Notes: generated from the letters alone by a model not told the origin. Shown: positions 1-9,971, counted from the stretch's first letter. The stretch is 64,000 bases of DNA from Dehalococcoidia bacterium (GCA_965262725.1 OZ253555.1:2720001-2784000); one strand, 5' to 3'. Numbers and translations: made by a program.

Positions 1-2
1 AG

Positions 3-230
3 TTGATGGCCTGGTCGGCACCCGAGGGGTGGGTGCGAAGCCTCGCGCTTCGTTACCGCTCGATGTCGTTCCCCGGCGAGACGCTCGTCTGTCGGGGGCG
101 CGTGAGTTCGACACGCGTCGAGAGCGGGAGCGGCCTGGTGACGTGCGATCTCGCCGTCGTGACGCTCGACGGCCGAGACGTCGCCGCGCCGGCCTCGGCC
201 ACAGTCGAACTGCCCGCGGCCACAGACTAG
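3..230 (+). CDS. MaoC/hotdog-fold dehydratase family protein, 5'-truncated by window edge
   Basis: C-terminal hotdog pattern 'LRYRSMSFPGETLVCRGRV...ASATVELP'; lies directly upstream of an enoyl-CoA hydratase. Confidence 0.7.
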   Translation: MMAWSAPEGWVRSLALRYRSMSFPGETLVCRGRVSSTRVESGSGLVTCDLAVVTLDGRDVAAPASATVELPAATD

Positions 231-245
231 CGGAGGAGGCACGGG

Positions 246-1043
246 ATGACGGACGGGGCTGAGGCGGCCGGTGAGGCCGTCATCTTCGAGACCGACGGAC
301 ACGTCGCGCGCATCACGCTCAACCGCCCGCACGCGATGAATGCCCTCGACACGGCAGCGCGGGAGCGTCTGCTGCAGGCGATGGCGCGCGTCCACGACGA
401 CCCCGAGATCCGCGTCGGTATCCTCACCGGCGCCGGCGGGCGTGCCTTCAGCGCGGGCGCGGACCTCAAGGAGTGGGCGCAACCGGACTCGCCGGGCTTC
501 TCCGGGGGCTCCGCCCACGATGCCCTTTCCAAGGAGCCGGGCGACGAGTTCTTCACGATCCGCGTCGCGAAGCCCCTCATCGCCGCCATCGACGGCTACT
601 GCCTCGCCGGAGGGCTCGAGCTCGCACTCTCCTGCGATCTGCGCATTGCGACGCCCTCGTCCTCCTTCGGCCTTCCGGAGGTGCAGCGCGGGTTCCCGCC
701 GGGCGGGGGCGGCGTGCAGCGGCTGGTGCGCGCGATCTCGCTCGCGCCAGCGATGGAGATGCTCCTGACAGGCGAGCGCATCGACGCGGAGACGGCGCTG
801 CGCTGGGGTCTCGTCTCGCGCGTCGTCCCGCGCGAGGACTTGCTCGCAACCGCGACCCGCCTCGCCGAGCGCATTGCGGCGAACGCGCCGCTGGCCACGC
901 GCGTCGTGAAGGAACTCGCGCTCGCGAGCCCCGATCAGTCGCTTGGGCAGGCGCTCCAGCTCGGTAGCGTCTTGCGCTGGATCGTGGGACAGACACCGGA
1001 GGCGCAGGAAGGCCCGCGCGCCTTCGCGCGGGGCGACGGCTGA
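246..1043 (+). CDS. Enoyl-CoA hydratase/isomerase (crotonase family)
   Basis: 'ITLNRPHAMNAL', 'AFSAGADLKE', 'KPLIAAIDGYCLAGGLELALSCDLRIA', 'FGLPEV'; SD GGAGG upstream. Confidence 0.93.
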   Translation: MTDGAEAAGEAVIFETDGHVARITLNRPHAMNALDTAARERLLQAMARVHDDPEIRVGILTGAGGRAFSAGADLKEWAQPDSPGFSGGSAHDALSKEPGDEFFTIRVAKPLIAAIDGYCLAGGLELALSCDLRIATPSSSFGLPEVQRGFPPGGGGVQRLVRAISLAPAMEMLLTGERIDAETALRWGLVSRVVPREDLLATATRLAERIAANAPLATRVVKELALASPDQSLGQALQLGSVLRWIVGQTPEAQEGPRAFARGDG

Positions 1044-1124
1044 GCCGGTCCGGCCCGATCATGGCGGCGCCGCCCGCCGCTGCAGCGTGTTCGAGTCGTG
1101 TGAGGGCGAGGGGAGCTCGGAAGC

Positions 1125-1550
1125 GTGGACACTATCGATCTGGGAAGCCTGAACTACCTGGCGATCGTCGTCGGCGTGGTCATCAACCAGGCAATTGGGA
1201 TGGCCTGGTACACCATCCTCGGCAGGTACTGGATGGCCGAGACGGGGTTAACGCACGAGGACATGGAGTCGATGAAGGGGACGCCCCGGCAGTGGTACCC
1301 CTACGTCATCGCCATCGCCTCCGCCTTCGTCTTCGTCCTGGGGCTCGCCGTCCTGATTCAGGCTCTCGGGGCGGAGGGGCCGATCGACGGCCTCGTGGTC
1401 GGTCTCCTGGCTGCGGTCGCGTTCATCCTCTCGACGAGCGCGATGAACTACGCCTTCGAGGGACGCAGCCTCTGCCTCTACGGCATCAACAACGGCTACC
1501 ACGTTCTGGCGCTCGCCGTGATCGGGGTCGTGCTCGGCGCCTGGCAGTAA
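1125..1550 (+). CDS. DUF1761-like small membrane protein
   Basis: Four hydrophobic segments; 'LNYLAI...GMAWY...G.YW' start and 'FEGRS...INNGYH' pattern. Confidence 0.8.
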   Translation: MDTIDLGSLNYLAIVVGVVINQAIGMAWYTILGRYWMAETGLTHEDMESMKGTPRQWYPYVIAIASAFVFVLGLAVLIQALGAEGPIDGLVVGLLAAVAFILSTSAMNYAFEGRSLCLYGINNGYHVLALAVIGVVLGAWQ

Positions 1551-1668
1551 CGGGCCCGCCGACGCGCCGCAGGAGCGAATCCGGTCGATGGTCCGGGTCG
1601 GACGACCGACACGCGGGCGGCCTCGGCACGATCGGGAGCGCGGGCACGGGGCGAGGCGGACGTCCGGT

Positions 1669-2190
1669 CTAGTCCTGCTCAGCCTTTCCCGCTCCCGGCC
1701 GGCCTCCGTCGCCGGCTCCCGCCGGCAGGGCGAAGCGCTGCGCCAGCACGCGCTCGCGGAAATCGAAGATCGCGGCCAGCCGCGGAGCGACGCCGCGCGC
1801 ATTCACCAGCGCGCCGAGCGGCCCGCCCGGGAGCGAGTAGTGGACGAGGTCCCGCACCTCGAGGCCGCCCGGGACCTCGCGGAAGTGGTGCTGGTGGTGC
1901 CAGAAGCGATAGGGGCCGAGTCGCTGCTCATCGACGAAGAGGTAGGGCTCCGACACGTGCGTGATCTCGGTGACCCAGTGTGCGCGCCAGCCCGGGAACG
2001 GCTCGATCCGGTACTCGATCAGAAGCCCAGGGTAGACCTCCTTCGGGAGGGCGGAGAGCACCTCGAAGTGCATGTCGGGCGGGGTGATAACGGTGAGGTT
2101 GCGGGGGTCGGAGAAGAACGCCCACGCCTCCTCGAACGTCGTCGGCAGCACCTGGCGTCGGTCGATCCGATGCAGCCGCATCCCCAGCAT
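1669..2190 (-). CDS. SRPBCC/START-fold ligand-binding protein
   Basis: 'EAWAFFSDPRNL..ITPP', 'WVTEITHV', 'FVDEQRLGPYRFWHHQHHF', 'IFDFR'. Confidence 0.88.
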   Translation of the reverse strand: MLGMRLHRIDRRQVLPTTFEEAWAFFSDPRNLTVITPPDMHFEVLSALPKEVYPGLLIEYRIEPFPGWRAHWVTEITHVSEPYLFVDEQRLGPYRFWHHQHHFREVPGGLEVRDLVHYSLPGGPLGALVNARGVAPRLAAIFDFRERVLAQRFALPAGAGDGGRPGAGKAEQD

Positions 2191-2254
2191 CCCTCCCCGC
2201 CTCGGTCGTGGCGCCAGTATCGCGCGGCGGCGCCGCCGAGGGCGAGCGGCGTAG

Positions 2255-2698
2255 CTACGAGAGGACGTGGTCGAGGGAGAGCGGCCCCGCGCCGCCGAGG
2301 GCGACCGTGATCGCCGCCGCCAGCAGGATCACGTCCAGCTCATAGCCCTGGACCGAGCCTCCCTGGAAGGGGTGCCCGAGCTTGAACTTCGAGACGTAGG
2401 CCGCCACCAGCATCATCGCGGCCAGCGGGATCGCCGCCCAGTGGGCGAGCAGGCCCACCATGAGCATCGCCCCGCCCACGAGCTCCATCGTGGCGACCAG
2501 CCTCGCCTGCTGCTGGGCGAACGGGATGCCGAGCTCGGCGAACCACGCGCCCGTGCTTCCGATACCGCGTCGCCACTTGCCGAGACCGGCATCGACGAAG
2601 ACGAGGCCGAGCGCGACGCGGAGCGGCACCAGCGCCCACTCCCGGATGTCGGCGCTCCATGGATCGACGAGGAACTCCACGCGGCCTCCCCCCGGCAC
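2255..2698 (-). CDS. DoxX family membrane protein
   Basis: 'LRVALGLVF...GLGK', 'ELVGG..L.VGL', 'GYELD', 'GAGPLSLD'. Confidence 0.9.
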   Translation of the reverse strand: MPGGGRVEFLVDPWSADIREWALVPLRVALGLVFVDAGLGKWRRGIGSTGAWFAELGIPFAQQQARLVATMELVGGAMLMVGLLAHWAAIPLAAMMLVAAYVSKFKLGHPFQGGSVQGYELDVILLAAAITVALGGAGPLSLDHVLS

Positions 2699-2702
2699 CG
2701 GC

Positions 2703-3164
2703 TCAGCGCGGGCGGTGCGGCAACTCGACGACGGCCGTCCCCTGGAGCGGCCGCTCGCCGCGCTCGTTCTCGAGATAGACGTCGAGCGTCACGCGGCCGA
2801 CGCCAGCCTCGTCCGAGGCATCGGTCACAAGCGCCATCAGCTTGAGGCGGTCGCCGTGCAACACGGGGCGGCGGAAGTTCGCGTCGAGCGTGCGCAGCCG
2901 GCCGGCGGATCCCGCCCAGTCGGTGACGAGCCTGGTGATGATCGAGAGGCTCATCACTCCCGGAACGATGGGACGTTCGAGCCCGAGCGCCTGCGCGCCC
3001 GCGGCATCGGAGAAGCGCCCGTCCTCCTCGTCCAGCGCGGCGTTGCCCCGCGAGACCGAGAGGTAGGTCGCGACCAGCTCCGGCCGGGCGACGTAGGCCT
3101 CCTCAAACTCGTCGCCGAGTTCGGCGTCGTCGAAGTAACGCTGCCCCGAGCCCTCGCCGGTCAC
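2703..3164 (-). CDS. MaoC-like hotdog protein lacking the catalytic D-x4-H motif
   Basis: 'RYFDDAELGDE', 'GLERPIVPG', 'NFRRPVLHGDRL', 'GTAVVELP'; 4-nt overlap with the upstream hotdog gene. Confidence 0.8.
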   Translation of the reverse strand: MTGEGSGQRYFDDAELGDEFEEAYVARPELVATYLSVSRGNAALDEEDGRFSDAAGAQALGLERPIVPGVMSLSIITRLVTDWAGSAGRLRTLDANFRRPVLHGDRLKLMALVTDASDEAGVGRVTLDVYLENERGERPLQGTAVVELPHRPR

Positions 3165-3610
3165 GCCTCGATCTCCCGGTGCACCATCGAGCTGTCGACG
3201 AGCACGACGTCCCGGCCCCTCTGGTTCTCGTAGCGCGTCCTGCGCACCACGAACACCATCTTCCCGCTGCGGCCGGTCTTCTCGTAGACCTCGGTCACCT
3301 GGCCGTACGCGGTGATCGTGTCGCCCGGGCGCATCGGCTCCAGCACCTCAACGCGCTCCCCGCCGAGGAAGCGCGCGTTGCCGAACTCGACTTTGGGGTC
3401 GGGCCCGGTTCCGCGAAAGTTGACCGTCGTGAAGATGAGGGGCGGCGCGATGCGACCACCGTAGCTCGTCCCTCGCGCGAACTCCTCGTCGAGATAGAGC
3501 GGATTCGTCTCGCCGAGCGCCTCGCAGTAGGAGGCGATCGCGTCGTCGGTGACCGTGAACGAGCCGAGCTCGTGCTCGACGCCGACCACGCTCTCGTCGT
3601 ATTCGACCAC
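3161..3610 (-). CDS. MaoC_dehydrat_N (HadA-like) hotdog protein
   Basis: 'ALGETNPLYLD', 'IAPP', 'PMRPGDTIT', 'YEKTGRSGKMVFV', 'NQRG'. Confidence 0.85.
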   Translation of the reverse strand: MVEYDESVVGVEHELGSFTVTDDAIASYCEALGETNPLYLDEEFARGTSYGGRIAPPLIFTTVNFRGTGPDPKVEFGNARFLGGERVEVLEPMRPGDTITAYGQVTEVYEKTGRSGKMVFVVRRTRYENQRGRDVVLVDSSMVHREIEA

Positions 3611-3649
3611 AGTCTCCTCCTTACCGCCGTCCGCGCCGGAGGCGGGCGG

Positions 3650-4339
3650 TCAACCCGCCGTCTCGCCCGCGGCCTCGGCATCGGCGCGCACCTCGTCCGC
3701 CGTGAGCGCGCGGCAGCGGCCCGCGACCAGCTCCTCCACCAGCTCGGAGACCGTCGCGACCGGGCGCTCGAACGCAGTCAGGCAGCGCCCGATCGCCGAG
3801 ACGAAGTGGGCATCGCTGCCGCCAACGAGGGCGAGCCCTCGCTCATTCGCGAGCTGCCGCGCGCGACGGTTCTCCTCGTCGCTCGAGCCGCCGTTGAGCG
3901 CCTCGACCGCCCCGACGAACTCGAAATCGACGCGGTCCGCCAGAGCATGATCCCACAGGCCGATGCGCGGGCGACCGGCGTGCGCTGGCACCGCCACGCC
4001 CCCCGCATCCCGCACCGCCGCCAGCAGTTCGCGATGGGAGAGCGCCACGTCCGTGAAGTCTATGCGCCGCGCAAGCTGAGGCGTGATGCCGTAGACGAGA
4101 ACGTGCCCCACGTCCGTCTCGAGCTCCGCGCCGTGCAGCACGGTCACGTCGTAGCGCTCGGCCAGCTCGTCGTAGCGCGCGGCCGGGTCGAAGTGGCGAT
4201 GCTCCGTCAGCACAATGCCGTCGATGCGGTACCCGCGCCGGCGCCTGGCGGCGATCCACTTGAGGTAGCCCTCCACGGTGCCGCCGGCGTCGTCGGAGGC
4301 GTCGGTGGAGTGGGCGTGCAGGTCGAGGTAGCAGGCGAT
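3650..4339 (-). CDS. PHP-domain metal-dependent phosphoesterase; start probably ATC at 4339
   Basis: In-frame 'CYLDLHAHSTDASDD' upstream of the GTG at 4276; 'VLTEH', 'GAELET..GHVL', 'AH', 'GGSDAH'. Confidence 0.82.
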   Translation of the reverse strand: MACYLDLHAHSTDASDDAGGTVEGYLKWIAARRRRGYRIDGIVLTEHRHFDPAARYDELAERYDVTVLHGAELETDVGHVLVYGITPQLARRIDFTDVALSHRELLAAVRDAGGVAVPAHAGRPRIGLWDHALADRVDFEFVGAVEALNGGSSDEENRRARQLANERGLALVGGSDAHFVSAIGRCLTAFERPVATVSELVEELVAGRCRALTADEVRADAEAAGETAG

Positions 4340-4436
4340 CGCGCGGCCCCGTTCGCTCGCGGCCCGTTCCGATGCGGTGCGCTCCTGCGCGGGTCCGCGA
4401 GCGATTCTCCGCGCGCCCCTTCGCGGCCGTCAACGC

Positions 4437-5999
4437 TCAGGCCGAAACGGATCCTTCTGCCAGCCGCTCCCGCACCGCCCGGCGCAGCAGCTTCCCGGAG
4501 GCGGTGCGCGGGAGCGGACCCTCCCACACCTCGATGCGACGCGGCAGTTTGTATCCCGCCAGCCGCTCCCTGAGGAAGGCCTCGATCGCGGAGGCGTCCG
4601 GGGACTCGCCCTCGGCGGGGACGATCGCGGCGACCACGACCTGGCCCCATCGCTCATCGGGGAGCCCCACCACCGCGCACTCCGCCACCGCCGAGTGCGC
4701 GGCGAGCGCCCCCTCAACCTCCGCGGGGTACACATTCTCGCCGCCGCTCACCACAAGGTCGTCCCGGCGATCGGCCACCGTGAGGTGACCGTCGGCATCA
4801 AGCGCACCGAGATCACCGGTGTGCAGCCAGTGCCCTCCGCCACGCTGCGGCGGGCGGTTCAGGTAGCCGGGGGAGACGGTCGGGCCAGAGACCAGGATCT
4901 CGCCGACCTCGCCGGGCCCGGCGAGGCGGCCGTCCACGTCGATCGCGACCGACACGTCGAGCAGGGGGTGCCCGGAGGACCGCGGGCGGCGGCGCGCCTC
5001 TCCCGGGGCGAGCGTCGTCACCTGCGACGCCGCCTCGGTCAGTCCGTACGTGGGTGCGACCGGAAGCCCTCGCTCCTCGGCCCGCGCGAGCAAGTCCGCG
5101 GGCGCGCCAGCGCCCCCGATCAGGACCGCCCGCACCGACGGAGGGTACTCGGGGAGGTCGCGATCGTGGTCGAGCAGGCGCCTGAGCATCGCCGGCACCA
5201 GCGAGACGAGGGTCACGCCCTCCTCGCGCAGCGCGCGGCTCACGGCAGATTCGTCGAAGCGACGGTGCACGACCGCGGTCGTCCCGGCGAGCACCGAGCG
5301 AATGAGGATCGAGAGACCGCCGACGTGGTAGAGCGGCAGCGGCGCGAGCCAGCGATCCTCCGCACGGACGCCGAGAAGGAACGCCGAGCCGACCGCGCTC
5401 GCGAGCAGGTTGCCGTGGGTGAGGAGGGCAGCCTTCGGCCGGCCCGAGGTACCGGAGGTGTAGAGCGCGCTGTGCACGGCGCCAAGGTCGACGAGGGACT
5501 CGTCGGAGAGCGTCCCGCCGGGCCGTTCGCTAGCCGTGTCCCCGTCCCCCGAGTACTGCTCCGCGCGAAGCAGGGAGGGCAGCGCCCCCGGATCCGCCCC
5601 TGCCTCCGAGAGCGCCGCCTCGGCGAGTGCCCTGTGCTCCTCGTCGGCGAGTAGGAGCGCCGCCCCGGAGTCGACGAGCTGCCACGCGATCTCGGCGGGG
5701 GTCAGTCGCGCGTTGAGTGGCAGCAGCATCGCGCCCGCGCGCGGCACGGCGTGCGAGAGGACGCAGAGCGTCGCGTCGTTCGCGGCGAGCACCGCGATGG
5801 GCTCGCGAGTGATGGGCTGCTCCCGTGCGGCCCGGAGGGCGCTGGCGGCCCGCGCGACCCGGGTCTCGAGCTCCCCGTAGCGGAGCGTCCCGGAAGGTGT
5901 CTCGACCGCCGGGTGCTCGCGGTGCGTGCGCGCGCGCCGCGCCAGCCAGTCGGGGATCAGGCGCGGCTCCCGGGCCCCCTCGACCGCGCCGCTGCTCAC
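4437..5999 (-). CDS. menE: o-succinylbenzoate--CoA ligase
   Basis: 'YTSGTSGRPKA', 'LPLYHVGG', 'TYGLTEAASQ', 'LHTGDLG', 'SGGENVYPAEVE'; GTG overlaps the menC stop; men operon context. Confidence 0.9.
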   Translation of the reverse strand: MSSGAVEGAREPRLIPDWLARRARTHREHPAVETPSGTLRYGELETRVARAASALRAAREQPITREPIAVLAANDATLCVLSHAVPRAGAMLLPLNARLTPAEIAWQLVDSGAALLLADEEHRALAEAALSEAGADPGALPSLLRAEQYSGDGDTASERPGGTLSDESLVDLGAVHSALYTSGTSGRPKAALLTHGNLLASAVGSAFLLGVRAEDRWLAPLPLYHVGGLSILIRSVLAGTTAVVHRRFDESAVSRALREEGVTLVSLVPAMLRRLLDHDRDLPEYPPSVRAVLIGGAGAPADLLARAEERGLPVAPTYGLTEAASQVTTLAPGEARRRPRSSGHPLLDVSVAIDVDGRLAGPGEVGEILVSGPTVSPGYLNRPPQRGGGHWLHTGDLGALDADGHLTVADRRDDLVVSGGENVYPAEVEGALAAHSAVAECAVVGLPDERWGQVVVAAIVPAEGESPDASAIEAFLRERLAGYKLPRRIEVWEGPLPRTASGKLLRRAVRERLAEGSVSA

Positions 6000-7195
6000 G
6001 GCCCGGCCCACGCACCGAGGGCGGAAGGTCCGGGCAGCCCGCTCGCCGCGCGCGCCACGGACCACGGTCCGGTCGCGCAGCGCTCGATCGCCGACTCCTC
6101 GGGGGCGATGCCGAGACCAGGCGCCGCGGGGAGCGCCATGCGGCCGCGCTCGGGGAGAAGCGGCACCGCGACGAGGTCCTGCCCGAGCGAGAGGCCCGTG
6201 GCAAGGCCGTGCGCTCGGCCGGCACCGGATCCCGCACCGGCGAGGGCGGCGCCGGCCTCGACGACGGATGCGAGTTGCAGTGCGAGCGCCGTTCCCAGCG
6301 ATGAGTCGACCGTCGTGGTGACGAAGGCGCCGATCCCCGCGCAGCGGGCGCGCTCGGCGAGCCGCGCCGCCGCGATCACGCCCCCCAGCACCGCCGGCTT
6401 TAGCACGAACAGGTCGGCGGCGCGCTCGGCGAGCACGAGCTCGGCGAGCCGCGGATCCCCGAGCGCCTCGTCGGCGGCCAGCGGGATCGTGGAGATCCCC
6501 CGCAGCCGGAGCAGGGCCGGCACATCACTCGCGGGGAGCGGCTGCTCGATGAGCTCGATGTCGAAGGCCGCGAGGCGCTCCACGGCGAGCCTCGCCAGCG
6601 GCTCCCGCCACGCGCCGTTCGCGTCGAGGCGGATGCGGGCCCGGGGGCACGCCGCGCGCAGCGCCTCGACGCGGGCGATGTCGACGGCGAGACCCTCGAC
6701 CCCGACCTTGAGCTTCAGGGTCCCGAAGCCCGCGTGGGCCAGGGCGCGGCCGGCTGCCGCCACCGCGGGCGGTGCCGTGACATCGGCGTCTATGACGGCG
6801 TTCACGTCGAGCGTTGCTTTCGGCCGCGGCGGCTCACCTGAGGCACTGATCAGGGCGGCCATGGGCACGCCGCGGCGCTGCGCGGCGAGGTCGAGCAGCG
6901 CCGACTCAAGAGCGCAGCGAAGCGCCGGCGGCGCGCGCGCCGGCTCCTGAAGGAGCTCCGGCGCCTCCGACGCGAGCAGGGTCGCGAGGGCGGCCGCGCC
7001 GGGCTGGTCCGGAAGGGGAAGGGGCAGCGCCTCGCCCCATCCTCTCCACGGCCCATCCTCGACAGCGAGCACCAGCCCCTCGCGCACGCGCAGGGTGCCG
7101 GCGGCGCCCGGCAGTGCCGAGCGGTGCGAGTCCGCGAGCGGAAGACGTACGGGACGCCAGCGAAGGCGTGCCCCGTTCATCGGGACGGATGCCAT
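5996..7195 (-). CDS. menC: o-succinylbenzoate synthase (enolase superfamily)
   Basis: 'GFGTLKLKVG', 'RLDANGAW', 'IEQP', 'LAADE', 'VLKP', 'AHGLATG'. Confidence 0.88.
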   Translation of the reverse strand: MASVPMNGARLRWRPVRLPLADSHRSALPGAAGTLRVREGLVLAVEDGPWRGWGEALPLPLPDQPGAAALATLLASEAPELLQEPARAPPALRCALESALLDLAAQRRGVPMAALISASGEPPRPKATLDVNAVIDADVTAPPAVAAAGRALAHAGFGTLKLKVGVEGLAVDIARVEALRAACPRARIRLDANGAWREPLARLAVERLAAFDIELIEQPLPASDVPALLRLRGISTIPLAADEALGDPRLAELVLAERAADLFVLKPAVLGGVIAAARLAERARCAGIGAFVTTTVDSSLGTALALQLASVVEAGAALAGAGSGAGRAHGLATGLSLGQDLVAVPLLPERGRMALPAAPGLGIAPEESAIERCATGPWSVARAASGLPGPSALGAWAGP

Positions 7196-7232
7196 CGCTC
7201 CGACGGGAACATGCGATGCCGGCCGCCGGGGT

Positions 7233-8168
7233 TCACAGCGCGACGCCGAGCGCGAGCAGGGCGCTGAAGACCAGGTGGAGCCGCGCCGTCTCGCGGAGCG
7301 CCCGGTTGAGCGGCGGCCCGGCGGTCTCCCTGAAGACCGCGAGGCCCGGCCGCACGGCGAGCGGGAGGCTTGCCGCGACGAGCAGAACGAGATGCCCGAA
7401 GGGACCGGCGAGCCAGAGCGCCGCCACGAGCGCGTAGGCCCCGGCGACGAGCGCCGCGTAGAGCGCGCGCGTGGCGGGGCGGCCGATGAGGACGGCGAGC
7501 GTCCGCTTACCCGTCGCGCGGTCGGTCTCGATGTCGCGCACGTTGTTCACGACGAGAATCGCGGTGACTGTGCAGCCGACCGGCAGCGCCGCCATGAGCG
7601 GTCCCGCCTCCAAGACGCCCGCCTGCACAAAATAGGTCCCCGCCACCGCCACCGGCCCAAAGAAGACGAAGGTGAACGGCTCCCCGAGGCCGCGGTAGCC
7701 GAAGGGCCAGGGCCCCCCGCTGTAGGCGAGGGCGGCGGCTATGGAAGCGAGCCCGATCGCGACGACGGGCCAGCCGGCGACCGCCGTGAGGTAGACGCCA
7801 CAGAGCGCGGCCACAGCGAACGCGGCCCACATACCGCCCACGACCTGCCGCTCCGTGAGCAGGCCGAGCTGCGTGACCCGGGGCGGACCGATGCGCTCCG
7901 CGGTGTCCGAGCCCTTGCGGAAGTCCGAGACGTCGTTCGCGAGGTTCGCGCCGACCTGAATCGCGACCGCACCGGCGAGCGCGGCGAGGGCCGACCCCGC
8001 CACAAAGCGGCCGTCCCCCACGGCGAGCCCGGTCCCGACGAGAACGGGCGCGACAGCGGCGGTCAGGGTCGGCGGGCGAACCGCCAGCAGCCAGCGGCGC
8101 CACGTGCGCGTGCCGGCCTTCGGGAGTCCGCGCGCCGCGCCCGCGGCGCCACTCCCGTCTCCGCTCAC
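7233..8168 (-). CDS. menA: 1,4-dihydroxy-2-naphthoate polyprenyltransferase
   Basis: 'RPPTL', 'NLANDVSDFRKGSD', 'YSGGP...GYRGLGE', 'NNVRDIETDRATGKRTLAV'. Confidence 0.95.
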   Translation of the reverse strand: MSGDGSGAAGAARGLPKAGTRTWRRWLLAVRPPTLTAAVAPVLVGTGLAVGDGRFVAGSALAALAGAVAIQVGANLANDVSDFRKGSDTAERIGPPRVTQLGLLTERQVVGGMWAAFAVAALCGVYLTAVAGWPVVAIGLASIAAALAYSGGPWPFGYRGLGEPFTFVFFGPVAVAGTYFVQAGVLEAGPLMAALPVGCTVTAILVVNNVRDIETDRATGKRTLAVLIGRPATRALYAALVAGAYALVAALWLAGPFGHLVLLVAASLPLAVRPGLAVFRETAGPPLNRALRETARLHLVFSALLALGVAL

Positions 8169-8226
8169 CGCCGTGCCCGCCCGACCGGCGGAAGCGGCAC
8201 GGGCCGCCTCCCCTCGACCGGGCGCA

Positions 8227-9060
8227 TCACGGGAGCCGGGGGAAGCGCGTGAAGTCCGGTTCTCTCTTCTCCAGGAAGGCGCGCTTCCCCTCCTTCGCCT
8301 CGTCGGTGAAGTAGAAGAGCATGGTCGCGTCGCCGGCTAGCTGCTGCAGACCCGCGGCGCCGTCGGTGTCGGCGAGGAATCCCGCCTTCAGCATGCGGAT
8401 CGCTATCGGCGAGTGCCGCAGGATCTCCCCCGCCCAGCGCTCGCCCTCCTCGGCGAGCTGGTCGAGCGGCACCACGGCGTTCACCAGCCCCATCTCGAGC
8501 GCCTGCTGCGCGTCGTACTGCCTGCAGAGATACCAGATCTCACGCGCCTTCTTGTGCCCGACGATGCGTGCAAGCATCGAGGCGCCGAAGCCCGCGTCGA
8601 AGGAGCCGACGCGCGGCCCGGTCTGCCCGAACCGCGCGTTGTCGGCAGCGATCGTGAGATCGCAGACCACGTGCAGCACGTGCCCGCCGCCGATGGCCCA
8701 TCCGGCGACGAGGGCGATCACGGGCTTCGGCATCGTGCGAATGAAGCGCTGAAGCGGGAGGACGTTGAGGCGGGGCACTCCGTCGTCGCCGACGTAGCCG
8801 CCCTCACCGCGCACACGCTGGTCGCCGCCGGAGCAAAAGGCGCGGCCACCGGCCCCGGTGAGCAGCACCACGCCAACGTCGGGATCCTCGCTGGCGAGCT
8901 CGAAGGCCTGCGACATCTCGGTCAGCGTCAGAGGACGGAAGGCGTTGTGCACCTCGGGACGGTTGATCGTGATCCGCGCCACGCCCGCGCCGGGGCGCAC
9001 CAGAGCGCGCTCGTAGAGGATGTCCTGAAAGCTCTCCACGGGCTGCCAGTCCAGCGTCAT
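8227..9060 (-). CDS. menB: 1,4-dihydroxy-2-naphthoyl-CoA synthase
   Basis: '[11 protein letters not shown]', 'AFCSGGDQ', 'GGGHVLH', '[15 protein letters not shown]', '[13 protein letters not shown]'. Confidence 0.97.
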   Translation of the reverse strand: MTLDWQPVESFQDILYERALVRPGAGVARITINRPEVHNAFRPLTLTEMSQAFELASEDPDVGVVLLTGAGGRAFCSGGDQRVRGEGGYVGDDGVPRLNVLPLQRFIRTMPKPVIALVAGWAIGGGHVLHVVCDLTIAADNARFGQTGPRVGSFDAGFGASMLARIVGHKKAREIWYLCRQYDAQQALEMGLVNAVVPLDQLAEEGERWAGEILRHSPIAIRMLKAGFLADTDGAAGLQQLAGDATMLFYFTDEAKEGKRAFLEKREPDFTRFPRLP

Positions 9061-9971
9061 CTCGTCCCCGCCATCCCCTCCCGACGCGTCGAATGGGCCG
9101 CGTCCTCACCGTCGAGGAATCGCAGCACCGCCTCGGCGAACGCCCGCGGCCGCTCCAGGTGCGCGGCGTGCCCGGCACCCTCGATCCGCTCCATCGTAGC
9201 GTTCGGGAGCGCGTGCGCCATCTCGCGAGCGATCGCCGTGAACTTCTCGTCGAGCGCGCCCGTGAGGAGGAGCGTGGGGGCGCGGAGCGAGCCGAGCTCC
9301 TCCCACAGCGAGGGCTGCCTTCCGACGCTCATGCCCCGCAACGCACGGGCGAGCCCACCCGCGTCGTTCCCCAACCGCTGCGCGCGGAGCCGCGCCCGCA
9401 CCGTCTCCGGGAGGGAGCGCTGCGAGCTCCAGAGTGGGAGCCGCTCCCACTCCTCCACGAAGGCCGTCACTCCGATCCGCTCGATGCGTCCGGCCAGCGC
9501 GTCGTCGGCCCGCGCGCGCTCCTTGCGCTCGCGGGAGTCGGCGAGGCCGGCGGTCGCGCCCTCGAGCACGAGCGCCGCGACGCTCGCCGGGTGGCGCGCG
9601 GCAAGCAGCAGCGCCACGCGGCCGCCGAGCGAATAGCCGAGCCAGCGCGCCTGCTCGTGGTCGAGCGTGCCGAGCACCGAGACGAGATCGTCGGCGACGC
9701 GCTCGATGGCGTAGCGGGTTTCCGCCTCCGGCGCGTCGCTCGCCCCGTGCCCGATCAGGTCGACGGCGACGACCGCGTGCCCCGCCCCCGCGAGCGAGGT
9801 CGCCAGGTCCTCCCAGGTCGAGGCCGAGCCGGTGAAGCCGTGCAGCAGCACGACCGGCGGGATCCCCGCAGCAGGCGGGCGCGCCGCCGGCTGCCGCAGC
9901 TCGACGTGGAACGAGACACCTTCGACCGCGAGGCGGCGCGACCCGGAGCGCCCCGTGGGCGGTCCGCTCAT
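9057..9971 (-). CDS. menH: SHCHC synthase (alpha/beta hydrolase)
   Basis: 'LLHGFTGS', '[10 protein letters not shown]', 'GALDEKF', 'GHAAHLE'; ATG overlaps the menD stop. Confidence 0.92.
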   Translation of the reverse strand: MSGPPTGRSGSRRLAVEGVSFHVELRQPAARPPAAGIPPVVLLHGFTGSASTWEDLATSLAGAGHAVVAVDLIGHGASDAPEAETRYAIERVADDLVSVLGTLDHEQARWLGYSLGGRVALLLAARHPASVAALVLEGATAGLADSRERKERARADDALAGRIERIGVTAFVEEWERLPLWSSQRSLPETVRARLRAQRLGNDAGGLARALRGMSVGRQPSLWEELGSLRAPTLLLTGALDEKFTAIAREMAHALPNATMERIEGAGHAAHLERPRAFAEAVLRFLDGEDAAHSTRREGMAGTR

